64,000 nt of DNA from an uncultured Sphingobacteriales bacterium (GCA_964542585.1 CAZIUI010000011.1:5831-69830), one strand, 5' to 3'; positions 48,125 through 58,361 are shown, numbered from the stretch's first letter. A program made the numbers and translations. The notes: generated by a model from the letters alone, not told the origin.

Positions 48125-48832
48125 CTAAAACAAAATGCCTAAATCAAGCGAAATGTAGGCTGTTTTGATATCATATTTACTTTTATCATCCACCTGTGCA
48201 AGCCCATTATGAAAGGTTATTCCTCCATTAAGGTAAGTATCTCCTCCTAATTGATACATGGCACCAAGTCCAATGTTTACACCAACGTTCATAAACCGCG
48301 AATTGACCGTTATGTCTTCCTCCTTATTCGACTCCACGGATCCATTTGAGGACGTTAGTCTTTGTTCAGTTGCGCGTGACTGTAGGTTAAAACCAGGTGT
48401 CATACCAAATTTTCCAAAAAACGTAAAGTAGCCGATTTGGTTGGTTTTAAGCTTAAGATTCAGGGGGAGGTTCAGGTATTGGAGATCCCAATCCCGGCTA
48501 GCAATCTGGAAATCATTCGATGAATTGGTGATAAAATTTTCCCTATCTTTAAAACTGACTTTATACCCCCCTTGATACATGAGGTGGTGGATACGTATTT
48601 CCAGGGCGTAGTTGTCGGCAAACTGGTACGCCCCCATAGCTCCATAGGAAAAGCCAACTTTTAGACCGTCATTGTTAACACCGCTCAGATCTTCATTTGC
48701 TTTTTGGGTTTTGAACCAGCCAAACATAGGGTTGGCCGTCAGACCAATGCGCCAACCTTTTTTTTCTTCTTCTTGTGATAGGGCAGAAACACTCAACGTT
48801 ACCAACAAGGTAGCGCACAAGAGCTTTTTCAT
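48125..48832 (-). CDS. Outer-membrane beta-barrel protein (porin-like, PorT/OmpA-barrel type)
   Basis: Signal peptide MKKLLCATLLVTLSVSALSQEEE; alternating amphipathic strands; C-terminal aromatic (DLGILF). Confidence 0.5.
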   Translation of the reverse strand: MKKLLCATLLVTLSVSALSQEEEKKGWRIGLTANPMFGWFKTQKANEDLSGVNNDGLKVGFSYGAMGAYQFADNYALEIRIHHLMYQGGYKVSFKDRENFITNSSNDFQIASRDWDLQYLNLPLNLKLKTNQIGYFTFFGKFGMTPGFNLQSRATEQRLTSSNGSVESNKEEDITVNSRFMNVGVNIGLGAMYQLGGDTYLNGGITFHNGLAQVDDKSKYDIKTAYISLDLGILF

Positions 48833-48872
48833 AGTTTTGCGAGTTTATATTAGCTTTTGAAAAGCCACTGCA

Positions 48873-49907
48873 ATGATACAAAAGACCATGCTTCTAGGGG
48901 TATTTGCGTTTTTAATAGGACTAAGCGGATGTGATCAAAACGCCAAACCCTGGCTTAAAGCTGATGTTAGCGAGGTTGAAGTAAACTACAAGTTTGAACG
49001 CCTTGCGCCCCAACTTTATGAAGGCCCGCGTTCTAATTTTCAACAACGATTAGATTCACTTTATAAAACGCATCCCGATTTAGTTAACCTTTACACCACC
49101 CAGGTTGTCGGTATTGGACCTCCGAGAAAAGCCACAAATGCTCAACTTTTAGAGCAATTTATTTACGATCCATACTGGCAAAAAGTCTTCAGGGCTACGC
49201 AGTCTACTTTTCAGAATTTAAAAGGATTGCAGCGGGAGCTTACCCAAGCTTTTAAGCATTATCGGCATTACTATCCGGAGGACACTATTCCTGACGTTTA
49301 CACCTTAGTAAAGGGTATTGACATTCGTTACAAGGTGGCTACTTTACAGGATAAGGCGCTGATCATCTTTTTAGATATGTATCTTGGCAAGGATTACAAA
49401 TTTTATCCATCTCAGTATCCTGACTATCGGATAGAACGCTTAACACGAAAAAATATGCTACCGGATGTGATGGAAACGCTTTTTCAGGAGAAATATCCTG
49501 AGGATAGTTTTACCAATAAGTCCTTTTTAAGCAAAATGCTCTACAGGGGTAAAAAGCTTCATTTTATGAAATCCATGATGCCACGCCAACATGATACGGC
49601 CATTATGCGTTACACCCTTGAGGATTGGAATTGGTGCCTTACCTTTGAAAAAAAGATTTGGAACCATTTTGTAAATCAGGAACTGCTCTTCGAAACCAAC
49701 ACTAAAAAGTATACAGATTTTCTGAAAGAAGCACCATTCACAAGCGCTGGTGGTATCCCTCCAGAGTCACCTCCACGCTTAGGAGCATTTATAGGGTTCC
49801 GGATTATTAGGGAATATCGTAGAAACACCTCCCAAACAGAATTGAGCAGGCTGATTCAAAATCAAAATTATCAGCAAATTTTAACCAAATCGGGCTATAG
49901 CCCTTAA
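48873..49907 (+). CDS. gldB: Gliding-motility lipoprotein GldB-like
   Basis: Lipoprotein signal (MLLGVFAFLIGLSGCDQN), ~340 aa, located directly divergent/adjacent to nadE as gldB is in Flavobacterium johnsoniae. Assignment rests on context and size. Confidence 0.5.
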   Translation: MIQKTMLLGVFAFLIGLSGCDQNAKPWLKADVSEVEVNYKFERLAPQLYEGPRSNFQQRLDSLYKTHPDLVNLYTTQVVGIGPPRKATNAQLLEQFIYDPYWQKVFRATQSTFQNLKGLQRELTQAFKHYRHYYPEDTIPDVYTLVKGIDIRYKVATLQDKALIIFLDMYLGKDYKFYPSQYPDYRIERLTRKNMLPDVMETLFQEKYPEDSFTNKSFLSKMLYRGKKLHFMKSMMPRQHDTAIMRYTLEDWNWCLTFEKKIWNHFVNQELLFETNTKKYTDFLKEAPFTSAGGIPPESPPRLGAFIGFRIIREYRRNTSQTELSRLIQNQNYQQILTKSGYSP

Positions 49908-49919
49908 ACTAGATTATTT

Positions 49920-50741
49920 ATGGATAAGCGCTTTATTAGAATTTTTACGTTAGTAGGAGGCATTGTGATCGTCCTCCTCATTTTTTCAAGTTCCCTTTTT
50001 GTAACCATCGGGGCCGGAGAAAAGGGTGTTAAATATCAGCCACTTGCCGGGGGACTGGATAAAGATGATGTCTATGGTCAGGGATTAAAATTCAAGATGC
50101 CCTGGAACTCCATGATCGTTTTTGAGGTGCGGAAGCAGGAAAATAAGCAAACCATGGAAGTCCTTTCATCAAACGGATTGGATATCGGAGTTGATGTATC
50201 TATCCGATACAGACCAAGTGATGACAAAATTGGTTACCTGTATGATGATGTGGGTACCAACTACCTCAATAAGATCATAATCCCGGAATTACGATCAGCT
50301 ACAAGAGAGGTCATTGGGCAGTATAAGCCTGAGGAACTTTACTCTTCCAGTAGAAAAAAGATTCAAAACAAGATATACGAAAGAACCAGACAGGTTTTGG
50401 AAAAAAATAATATCCGCCTGGATGCCATCCTGATCCGCTCAATCAGGTTACCTGACCAGATTAAAAATGCCATTGAGCAAAAACTAACCGAACAACAGCG
50501 CATCCAGCAAAAGGAATACTCAAAAGAAGTGGCCCAAAAAGAAGCCGAACGGGAAAAAATAGAAGCACAAGGAAAAGCTGATGCCAATGAGATCCTGAAC
50601 CAAAGCCTGACGGATAAAATTCTTCGAGAAAAGGCTATTAGTGCAACTGAAAAGCTGTCTAAATCTAATAACAGTAAAGTAATCGTAGTAGGCAATGGTC
50701 AGGATGGTTTGCCCGTAATGCTAAGTGCAGATAAAAAGTAA
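49920..50741 (+). CDS. SPFH/band-7 (prohibitin-like) membrane protein
   Basis: N-terminal TM anchor followed by SPFH-like core and coiled-coil (EQQRIQQKEYSKEVAQKEAEREKIEAQGKADANE). Confidence 0.7.
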   Translation: MDKRFIRIFTLVGGIVIVLLIFSSSLFVTIGAGEKGVKYQPLAGGLDKDDVYGQGLKFKMPWNSMIVFEVRKQENKQTMEVLSSNGLDIGVDVSIRYRPSDDKIGYLYDDVGTNYLNKIIIPELRSATREVIGQYKPEELYSSSRKKIQNKIYERTRQVLEKNNIRLDAILIRSIRLPDQIKNAIEQKLTEQQRIQQKEYSKEVAQKEAEREKIEAQGKADANEILNQSLTDKILREKAISATEKLSKSNNSKVIVVGNGQDGLPVMLSADKK

Positions 50742-50789
50742 ACCCTGATTTTTCGACTACTTTGTTCAGCAGGTAGTAGGAGAAGGGGC

Positions 50790-51392
50790 ATGGCAATGAA
50801 TTCGCCCTTTGAAAGAACAATTCGGCGGCATCATGTAAAATGGTTGACCTACGGATTGTTCTTACCACTGGTAATCGTTTCAGGTGGCCTTCTGTTCTAT
50901 ACCTGTTGTGGTAGTTTAAAGACAGTATTGAGTAATTGGCCGTCCAGCATTGTAGAGCAATTAGCTTGGGTGGCAGGTTTCTTTTTTGCTTATGTGTTGG
51001 CAATAGGACTTCATGAGCTTATACATGGGCTTACGTGGATTGCCTTAATTCCCTCAACATGGAAAGTGCTTAGGTTCGGCTTTTTCAAAAACAGCAAAAC
51101 CCCTTACTGCCATTTAAAAATTTCTGTTAACCGGAATGTTTATCTCAGCGGGGTGGTTATGCCTGGCCTATTGTTGGGCGTAGTCCCTGTTTTAATAGGC
51201 CTTTGGCATGGTAATATATTTTTATGGCTTTTAGGGCTTTTTTTAACCTATGCCTCTTTGAATGATGCTGTTATGGCAGGCTATCTGCTACGTGAAAAAT
51301 CTGGTAGTTTAATTAAAGACCAACCCAATGCTTTGGGCTATTGGGTTTACCCGTCAGATAGTAGTTTTTCCAACAACAATGAAAGAGCTTAG
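50790..51392 (+). CDS. Membrane protein with HExxH motif (DUF3267-like putative zincin)
   Basis: 4-5 TM segments; HELIHGLTW motif at membrane interface. 4-bp overlap (convergent) with first lipoprotein paralog. Confidence 0.45.
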   Translation: MAMNSPFERTIRRHHVKWLTYGLFLPLVIVSGGLLFYTCCGSLKTVLSNWPSSIVEQLAWVAGFFFAYVLAIGLHELIHGLTWIALIPSTWKVLRFGFFKNSKTPYCHLKISVNRNVYLSGVVMPGLLLGVVPVLIGLWHGNIFLWLLGLFLTYASLNDAVMAGYLLREKSGSLIKDQPNALGYWVYPSDSSFSNNNERA

Positions 51393-51970
51393 GGTTTTAC
51401 AGCTTGGAAAGTGCCGTTTAAAACTATGGTTTGGGTACCATCTCCTAATTTAAGGGCCTTTAATTCGCCCTTTATTCGTTTATCTTCATAGGAGTTAATA
51501 ACTAACGTTCCCTCTGCTCTGGAAGTTGTCTGGGTCTCGTAAATACTGCCGCCACTGGTTTCTAAGATAGCGGCTACTGCTTTATCAGGATTGGTTTCTA
51601 AGGTTAGTTTTTTGACTAAAAAAGCTTTCGGGGTTAAGCTGGAAGCCTTGTCCAAAATGTATAAGGTCATTTTAACAGAATCCTTTGCCGCTTTACCTCC
51701 GGTTATTCTAATATTTGTTTGAAATGTCAAAGGACCCGGAACTTGATTTGAAGAATCTTCTAAAACCGTGAAAGTGGGTGAAAATGAGAAAACGTCATTG
51801 ATGGCACCCCTAATGCGAATATTTGCCTTACCTTTTGGGCCGGAATCACCACTGTTGTTGGTGTCGCAACTGCCCAGTCCGATACCCACTGCTAAGATTA
51901 ACAGGAGGATGAATAGGTTACCTTCCCCAAACCGCAGTTGGCTGTTTTTTATCAAGCTTAATCTAACCAT
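51389..51970 (-). CDS. Surface lipoprotein paralog P1 (single-module member of the array family)
   Basis: Lipobox IGLGSC then DTNNSGDSG; C-terminal signature ...INSYEDKRIKGELKALKL...TIVLNGTFQAVKP shared with five upstream paralogs. Start overlaps stop of the symporter gene by 8 bp. Confidence 0.6.
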   Translation of the reverse strand: MVRLSLIKNSQLRFGEGNLFILLLILAVGIGLGSCDTNNSGDSGPKGKANIRIRGAINDVFSFSPTFTVLEDSSNQVPGPLTFQTNIRITGGKAAKDSVKMTLYILDKASSLTPKAFLVKKLTLETNPDKAVAAILETSGGSIYETQTTSRAEGTLVINSYEDKRIKGELKALKLGDGTQTIVLNGTFQAVKP

Positions 51971-53774
51971 GGGAACGGTACACTTTCCTTAATGCCCAAA
52001 GCCCCACAATAAAAAAGGCTATTAAAGTGATTCCGATTATATTTTGGCTAAGTAAAAGATACCCAATGCCAAACATCAGGGCAAATGAAGAGGCCGCAGT
52101 CAGGCCCCATTTAAGCAACATTGCTTGAAGTGTACTGCTTTGTCTTTCTTGCGGAAGTAAATGCTGCGGCCAGAAACCAAATGGTTGAACCTTTTGAGCA
52201 AAGGCTTTTAACACCTCCTTATTTACCGGAGGCGTGAGCAAAGTAACTGTTACCGAAACCAATACGCTTCCAAGAGCACTAAAAAGCAGTAAGTATTCCT
52301 GTTTTTGTTGTGGGAAAAAGGCCAGGAAACCCAAGGCCATGATCATAGAAGTGCTAATGCCACTTATTTCAGTCCATGCATTGGCCCGCCACCATATCCA
52401 GCGTAAAATCTGGGGAAGGCCCATGCCGGCTCCCAGCGCAAAAAAGAACTTCCAGGCATCTCCTATGGATTCGATCTGCGTGGCAATTAGTACTGATAAA
52501 AGCGCCAGCCCTATCACCGTTAGCCGGCTCCGATTTACAAGTTGCTTGTTGGTCGCATTTGGGTTGATCTCCTGTTTGTAAATATCGTTGATCAAATAAC
52601 TCGCTCCCCAGTTGATGTGGGTGTCCACTGTACTCATGAAGGCTGCCACTAAGCTGGTGAACACCAAACCTAAAAGCCCCGGTGGTAGCAAAGCTTTCAT
52701 TAACAATGGGTAGCCCATTTCCCGATCTTGACCTACTTGGGCACCCGAGGGTAAATTGGCAGCAGGGTCGCCAAGCGGGAATATGACCAAGCAAACAAGC
52801 CCAATAAGCAACCAAGGCCACGTACGAAGTCCGAAATGGGCAAACATGAACCAAAAAGCCCCCTTTTCCGCATCTTTTTCTGACCGGGCCGTATTGATTC
52901 TTTGTGCTAAGTAACCCGACCCATCTGAAAAATACTGCCCCCACCAAAGTACACCTATGTAGATGAGGAAAATATCAAAAGGGAACAGGTTCCCATCCCA
53001 GGAGGGAAAGAATTGAAGTATTTCGCTGCTTTTGTCAGGGTAAATGTTGTGGAGTTGATCAACCAACCCGTTTAGACCACCCACATGGTTCACTGCTATC
53101 ACCGTGAAAATCACCGATGCGCTGATAGCCAATAAAAACTGCAATAGATCAGTGAGAATAACGCCACGAATGCCACCAATACTGCTGTAAACCATCACAA
53201 AAGCAAAAAGGACCAGGACTGTAAGGGTATTGTTAAGCTCGCCTAATAGCAAAAAATCCGGCCATTGCGTTTGGATGCTCGCAAACGTAGGTTCTCCTAA
53301 AAGCTGCGGCCACTTGATAAAAGGGGTGGTGATTTTGTTCATGGCTTTAAACACCCAGCCCATGACCACACCATTGATGATGATGCTTAAATAACCCGCT
53401 TTGAATAAACGTAGGAAACGCGCTGAAGCTCCGTCATAGCGGATGCCGATAAGCTCAACATCCGTCAGCACTTGGCTTGCGCTCCACTTGCGGGCAAAGA
53501 AGACCGTCATGGTAGCATAGGTGAGAATACTGCCCCACCATAGCCAATTACCGGCCAGTCCGCTGTTAGCAACAATACCCGTGATAGCTAGCGGGGTATC
53601 AGCTGCGAACGTGGTGGCCACCATGGAGGTGCCCAGCCACCACCAGGGTAGGGAGCGGCCGGCTAAGAAATAGGAATCCAGGTTGCGGCTGGCTAGCTTC
53701 CTAACCAGAAGCCCAACAACAAAAACAAAGGCAATGTAACCCCCAAGGATGCCCCAATCCAATGCTGTAAACAT
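51963..53774 (-). CDS. Sodium:solute symporter family (SSS) transporter
   Basis: 603 aa, ~13-14 TM helices, N-terminal GILGGYIAFVFVVGLLV...SLPWWWLGTSMVATTFAADTPLAITG typical of SSF/SGLT family. Confidence 0.8.
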   Translation of the reverse strand: MFTALDWGILGGYIAFVFVVGLLVRKLASRNLDSYFLAGRSLPWWWLGTSMVATTFAADTPLAITGIVANSGLAGNWLWWGSILTYATMTVFFARKWSASQVLTDVELIGIRYDGASARFLRLFKAGYLSIIINGVVMGWVFKAMNKITTPFIKWPQLLGEPTFASIQTQWPDFLLLGELNNTLTVLVLFAFVMVYSSIGGIRGVILTDLLQFLLAISASVIFTVIAVNHVGGLNGLVDQLHNIYPDKSSEILQFFPSWDGNLFPFDIFLIYIGVLWWGQYFSDGSGYLAQRINTARSEKDAEKGAFWFMFAHFGLRTWPWLLIGLVCLVIFPLGDPAANLPSGAQVGQDREMGYPLLMKALLPPGLLGLVFTSLVAAFMSTVDTHINWGASYLINDIYKQEINPNATNKQLVNRSRLTVIGLALLSVLIATQIESIGDAWKFFFALGAGMGLPQILRWIWWRANAWTEISGISTSMIMALGFLAFFPQQKQEYLLLFSALGSVLVSVTVTLLTPPVNKEVLKAFAQKVQPFGFWPQHLLPQERQSSTLQAMLLKWGLTAASSFALMFGIGYLLLSQNIIGITLIAFFIVGLWALRKVYRSHG

Positions 53775-53911
53775 GGAGCTACGGCTTTAATGAAACGGAG
53801 CTTGTAAAATTAGGCACAGCCTTCTGTTAAAGCACAATAAAAAAGCAGCCCATCAGTTTCCAAGCTGAAAGGCCGCCAGACTAGTAAAGACAACGGAGAA
53901 CTGCCGGGTTT

Positions 53912-54877
53912 CTACTTGTAGTATGTAAAGTCACCGTTCAGCGTTATGTTCTTAGAACTGCTATCAGCTTTTAGTTTGTAATTCGTAATCTGCCCATGAA
54001 GTTTTTCCTGGTTGTTGATATTGATTTCTACGGTGCCGTGGCCGGATGGTAACCAGTTCGTATTAGCTTTTTTGATGGATATATAAGCAAATTCTTCAGG
54101 AGTATTTTGACCTAAGGCACTTGCTGAGTAAGTACCGGTACCTAAGTTATCCGGTGTGTAAAAAGTAATCCCAAGGATATAATGGAGTTGGCCAGAATTA
54201 CTTTCCGATAGAATTAAAGATAATCTGCCTTGAGGTTTATCAGGACCTGAGTTTGGTTTTTTGGTTAATTGGGAAGTATATACCGTGTTCAGATTTTTTT
54301 GAATATAACCTGATAACTTGATTGCTGCATTGGAAAGTTTTTTAGGAGCACTAAACTGCCCATTGAGTTTAATGGTCTTTCCGGATTGGGGATTGGTTAA
54401 CGCAACATTTGTGATGGTTCCTTTTATCCGCGAATCGTTATTTTTGTTAAGATCAATAGTTCCGGAGGTACCGTTTGAAACGTTATCATTGCCATTATGC
54501 CGGATCCCAATAATAGCCGCTTCATCCGGGATACTGTCAGTTTCTATTCCTGGACGAATTACTTCTATTGAGCCATTTTTCAAAGGAGGTTTCCGAGCGA
54601 ATAACAATATAGCTACGCTATCACCAGCCTTATTTTCCCATCCCAGGGTCAGAAGATATCCAACATCTTCGGCCCGTTTTTTAACACTTGGTTTTATATT
54701 GGCTTTGATCTGATCATTAACGGAACCAGACAGGGTGATTTTATTCTCAGCATTCCCGCTACTGTTATCATCATCACAGCTAGCAAGCCCCAACAGCAGA
54801 AAAAGGGCCAAACGTACAATAAGGCCATTTGGTAAGGACCGAAGTAGAAACATAGGGCTCAGTTTAGGGGTAATCAA
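53912..54877 (-). CDS. Surface lipoprotein paralog P2 (two-module)
   Basis: Lipobox LGLASC + DDDNSSG; two modules ending ...IDLNKNNDSRIKGTITNVALT...TIKLNGQFSAPKK and ...VEININNQEKLHGQITNYKLK...NITLNGDFTYYK. Confidence 0.6.
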   Translation of the reverse strand: MITPKLSPMFLLRSLPNGLIVRLALFLLLGLASCDDDNSSGNAENKITLSGSVNDQIKANIKPSVKKRAEDVGYLLTLGWENKAGDSVAILLFARKPPLKNGSIEVIRPGIETDSIPDEAAIIGIRHNGNDNVSNGTSGTIDLNKNNDSRIKGTITNVALTNPQSGKTIKLNGQFSAPKKLSNAAIKLSGYIQKNLNTVYTSQLTKKPNSGPDKPQGRLSLILSESNSGQLHYILGITFYTPDNLGTGTYSASALGQNTPEEFAYISIKKANTNWLPSGHGTVEININNQEKLHGQITNYKLKADSSSKNITLNGDFTYYK

Positions 54878-55079
54878 AATAAAAACGTCTTCAACTTAAA
54901 GCTGATCTTATTTTGGTATTACGACACTTTTTCGACTTGTATACAATAACTTTACAGTATTAAGGATTTATAGGTATGAAATTTAAGTCGGTAAGATTGG
55001 TCCACCTTGCGGCTCTCCAGTAAAACAGTCAGAAAGCCGCATAAAGGTGAAAGGTGTTATTGAAGGGCTATTAAGCGAT

Positions 55080-56069
55080 TTATTTAGGAACAGCAAAAGC
55101 CCCGTTAGCCGTCACCGTTTTATTATCGCCCTCTAATTTGATACTGTTAATTGTGCCTTCAATTCGGTTTTCGTTGTTTTTAGTGACCTCAACATTCCCG
55201 GATTGATCCACCGTTTTATAGTCAGTCCCTTCATAGGTAACATTTAAGTTAACGAACTGATCCGGCACATTGGAAGGATCCTGAACATCTTCATTGTTAA
55301 ATGCTTCCACCGTATCAGTCTCATTTCCCTCAAGTCCGGTAATGCCAATAGAAACGGTATTGGTGATGTTATCCTCACCTTGCCATGTAATGTTAAGGGC
55401 GCTGCCACCTAACTGGAAATTCGGTTGGCTCCTGGCTTTGATGTCCTCTTGCTCATCACCCGTCAGGTTGACAAAGTTGGTAGAGTCGCTTTCATTCTCG
55501 TTTTCATTGGCATTGCCTTTCAGGGCGTTAAACTCGGCATTGATGGTAACCTGCGCATCATCATCCGGGTTGGGATTATTCAGCGTAACATCATCAATGG
55601 TACCGGCTACCCGGTTGTCGTTATTTGTGCTAATGGTCACACTACCGGACTCGCCACTGAAATTCCAGGATGTTCCTTCGTACACTATGGATACGGTGGA
55701 AAACTGACTTGACGCATTGTTCAGGCTTTCCAGAATATCATAAGTACCAGTTTCGATCTTATTACCGGCATTAGTTACCTCGGCTTCTACCTGATTGTCC
55801 TGCGCGTCTTTCCAGGATACAGCGAGGGTCGTTATCGGGTTATCGTTTTCCCCGTCTTCCTGTTCTATTTCCACTTCGATGTCCTCATCCGGCTCGATCT
55901 CAGCCTCCACAGCACCTGTAAGGGTTCCTGAGGCCTCATTCTTCTGGAGTTCCGGATCATCAGGACTGCTGCTGCCATCATCGTCATCATTACAGCTGGA
56001 TAGGCTAACAAGAATAGGAGCCAGGGCAATAATCCCAAAGGATTTCATAAAAATCTTCCAGGTTTTCAT
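55080..56069 (-). CDS. Surface lipoprotein paralog P3 (two-module, highly acidic)
   Basis: Lipobox VSLSSC + NDDDDGSSSPDD; modules ending ...VTISTNNDNRVAGTIDDVTLN...VTINAEFNALKG and ...VEVTKNNENRIEGTINSIKLE...TVTANGAFAVPK. Confidence 0.6.
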   Translation of the reverse strand: MKTWKIFMKSFGIIALAPILVSLSSCNDDDDGSSSPDDPELQKNEASGTLTGAVEAEIEPDEDIEVEIEQEDGENDNPITTLAVSWKDAQDNQVEAEVTNAGNKIETGTYDILESLNNASSQFSTVSIVYEGTSWNFSGESGSVTISTNNDNRVAGTIDDVTLNNPNPDDDAQVTINAEFNALKGNANENENESDSTNFVNLTGDEQEDIKARSQPNFQLGGSALNITWQGEDNITNTVSIGITGLEGNETDTVEAFNNEDVQDPSNVPDQFVNLNVTYEGTDYKTVDQSGNVEVTKNNENRIEGTINSIKLEGDNKTVTANGAFAVPK

Positions 56070-56312
56070 AAGGTTCTTGCTTTAAAGTTTTCACTGATTC
56101 AACTACAAATATAGGGGCTTAAGAGCGCCTAATAGTTGCACTAAGCAAGCTCTCTTTTCTACTGTTCAATCTGCAAGCTATCGCATTGCTCAGCATAGTA
56201 CCCATTAAAAAGGCCCAATCAATTCAAGTTGACTGGGCCTTTTACTAAGTAGACAGTTCACCAGAATTTTTAATCCTCCGTTTATACTTAAATTCAAAGA
56301 GACTTAACCTAT

Positions 56313-57287
56313 CTAATCTTTAGCAAGGTCAAAACCACCGTTGAGGGTTGCTGACAAATCTCTGCGGGAGAGCTGGACGTCATTGAAAGTTCCGGTAATG
56401 CGGTCTTCCCTATTGGTAGAAATCCTGATATCACCACCTTCAGAGCTCCATTGGTCTCCATCAAAATTAACTGTTACAGAGGCTTCCTTGTCTATCAACT
56501 CAGCATTAAACGTTCCTGTTCTACCTATGGAGAATAGGCTAATTGAAACAAAATTACCATCGTTTCCAGTGAAGCTAATACTGGTCACACCGGGTCCCAT
56601 TTCTTCTATTTCAGTCACATCAAAGGACGAAATATTCGTAATGGTTCCTTCAACATCACCGGTCAGCTCCGCTTCAGCCTCGTTGGGGTTGCTGGGATCA
56701 GGGTCAGGATCAGGATCACCCCCCTCAGTTTTATTCTTAGAAGCATTGAACTCACCGTTAACTGTAACAGAGCCGTTACCTTGTGGTGGAACGAGTTTCA
56801 TGTTGCTAATAGTGCCGGCTATGGTGCTGTCATTGTTCATGGTGATGTTAATGGCTCCTTTAACGAGCTCATTTGCAGTGTCAGCCTTAGAAAGCCACAA
56901 TCCCTGACCTTTCAGCTGAACAGTCATTACCCCTTTTGATCCTTGTAGATTGTCTTGGGAGAGAGCAATCGGATTAGCAGGCGTATAGGTTCCGGTTTTA
57001 CCTACCTGCGTAAGGCCAATGGCTACCTGATTGTCATTGGTATTGGTCCAACTGATAGAGGTCTTACCGTCTTCTTCCTGTACAATGATAGGGCCCTCAT
57101 TAGCGATTGTTATGGATTTATCCCCACTTAGTTCTAATTTACCCTCGCCTTTAGCGATTTCTGGTTCCGCTAATCCGCCACCTCCGTTATCGTCATCATC
57201 ACAACTAGTTAAACTGCCAAAGGCAAGCATGGCCGAAACTCCTAAGCAAAGTCTAAACAATACCGTGGTAATAGTCATGTAAGTCAC
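56313..57287 (-). CDS. Surface lipoprotein paralog P4 (two-module)
   Basis: Lipobox GSLTSC + DDDDNGGGG; modules ending ...INITMNNDSTIAGTISNMKLV...SVTVNGEFNASKN and ...IRISTNREDRITGTFNDVQLS...SATLNGGFDLAKD; poly-DP linker (GGDPDPDPDPSNP). Confidence 0.6.
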   Translation of the reverse strand: MTYMTITTVLFRLCLGVSAMLAFGSLTSCDDDDNGGGGLAEPEIAKGEGKLELSGDKSITIANEGPIIVQEEDGKTSISWTNTNDNQVAIGLTQVGKTGTYTPANPIALSQDNLQGSKGVMTVQLKGQGLWLSKADTANELVKGAINITMNNDSTIAGTISNMKLVPPQGNGSVTVNGEFNASKNKTEGGDPDPDPDPSNPNEAEAELTGDVEGTITNISSFDVTEIEEMGPGVTSISFTGNDGNFVSISLFSIGRTGTFNAELIDKEASVTVNFDGDQWSSEGGDIRISTNREDRITGTFNDVQLSRRDLSATLNGGFDLAKD

Positions 57288-57460
57288 ATATTTTTTACCA
57301 ATACAAATAAGGGTAAAAGTATTGCAAAAAACAAGAATCCTTTCTTGACATTATGGCATCATTAGGCAGATTGGTGTAAATCCTTTGATCAATGGAATAA
57401 AAAAGCTCATGCAGCTTAAGCTGAATAGGCTTTTGGTTAATTTATCACTGTAATGGTAAC

Positions 57461-58042
57461 TTACTTTTGGGCATTAAAAGCACCATTGACCGTAATCGTT
57501 GAGTCATCCGAGCTTGAATTTTTGCTAAGGGTTACATCGTTAATAGTACCTGCGACTTTATTGCTATTATTAGTGGAAAATTCAACTGACCCATTACTTC
57601 CATTAATCCATAAGGTTCCATTCAAGGTAACCTCTATCTGAGAAGCTTTTTCAGGTAATCCCCCACTTGTTGCATCTTCGATAGATAAAGGCTGATAGGT
57701 ACCGGTTTCAGCACCTCCGCCTCCGGATTCAGATATTATAATGGTTGCGGTATTTTTATTTTGATCCGACCAGTAAATTGTTACTGATGACCGCGTTTCC
57801 CCACTACTTACAGTTCCAGCAGTGTCCCTCACATTTGGATCAGTGGTTGAGGCAATGGTATCACTCGCATCCCCACTCAAATAAAGTCTGGCACTATTTT
57901 CAGATATATTAGGATCTTCTATATTACCACCTCCGTTACCATTACCCCCATCATCATCATCGCTACAGCTGGAAAGGCCAACGGGGGATAGGGCTAAAGC
58001 TGCCATTATGAGGGTGTTGATCATGAGTTTTTTTACGTTCAT
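57461..58042 (-). CDS. Surface lipoprotein paralog P5 (single-module)
   Basis: Lipobox VGLSSC + SDDDDGGNGNGGGN; module ...VEFSTNNSNKVAGTINDVTLS...TITVNGAFNAQK. Confidence 0.6.
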   Translation of the reverse strand: MNVKKLMINTLIMAALALSPVGLSSCSDDDDGGNGNGGGNIEDPNISENSARLYLSGDASDTIASTTDPNVRDTAGTVSSGETRSSVTIYWSDQNKNTATIIISESGGGGAETGTYQPLSIEDATSGGLPEKASQIEVTLNGTLWINGSNGSVEFSTNNSNKVAGTINDVTLSKNSSSDDSTITVNGAFNAQK

Positions 58043-58071
58043 AGCTTGTGATTTTTTGATTATTACTGTTT

Positions 58072-58079
58072 CAAAATTA
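58072..58079 (-). promoter_or_regulatory. Candidate -7 promoter element (TAATTTTG on minus strand) ~30 nt upstream of P5 start
   Basis: Plus-strand CAAAATTA = minus-strand TAATTTTG, matching TAnnTTTG. Confidence 0.25.
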
Positions 58080-58361
58080 TAAAAGAAAGTGGTAAATCTT
58101 TGCTATTTCTTAAGCTATTATATTAGTATTGTACAACTACCTCGGTAATTCAGATGTAACAAATAATTATGGACTTTTAATGGGTATTTTTTTAGAGCCT
58201 AAACTAAAGCATTTTAAAAATATCATGCTTAAAACCAAAAATAGGAGGTGTAAGCAACCTTAATTGGTATAGCTACTGATTACCGGCTCTCCTATGTAAT
58301 CTGAGAAAGTAAAACTATGGACAGACAAGCTTTTTCATCCTAATAAAAAGTTCTGATCAAA

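Noticed and set aside
52234-52947. ORFs 52234..52581 (+), 52369..52947 (-), 52376..52567 (+) within the SSS transporter gene
   Set aside because: Overlap a well-supported 13-14 TM transporter frame; alternative frames give Cys/Arg-rich nonsense.
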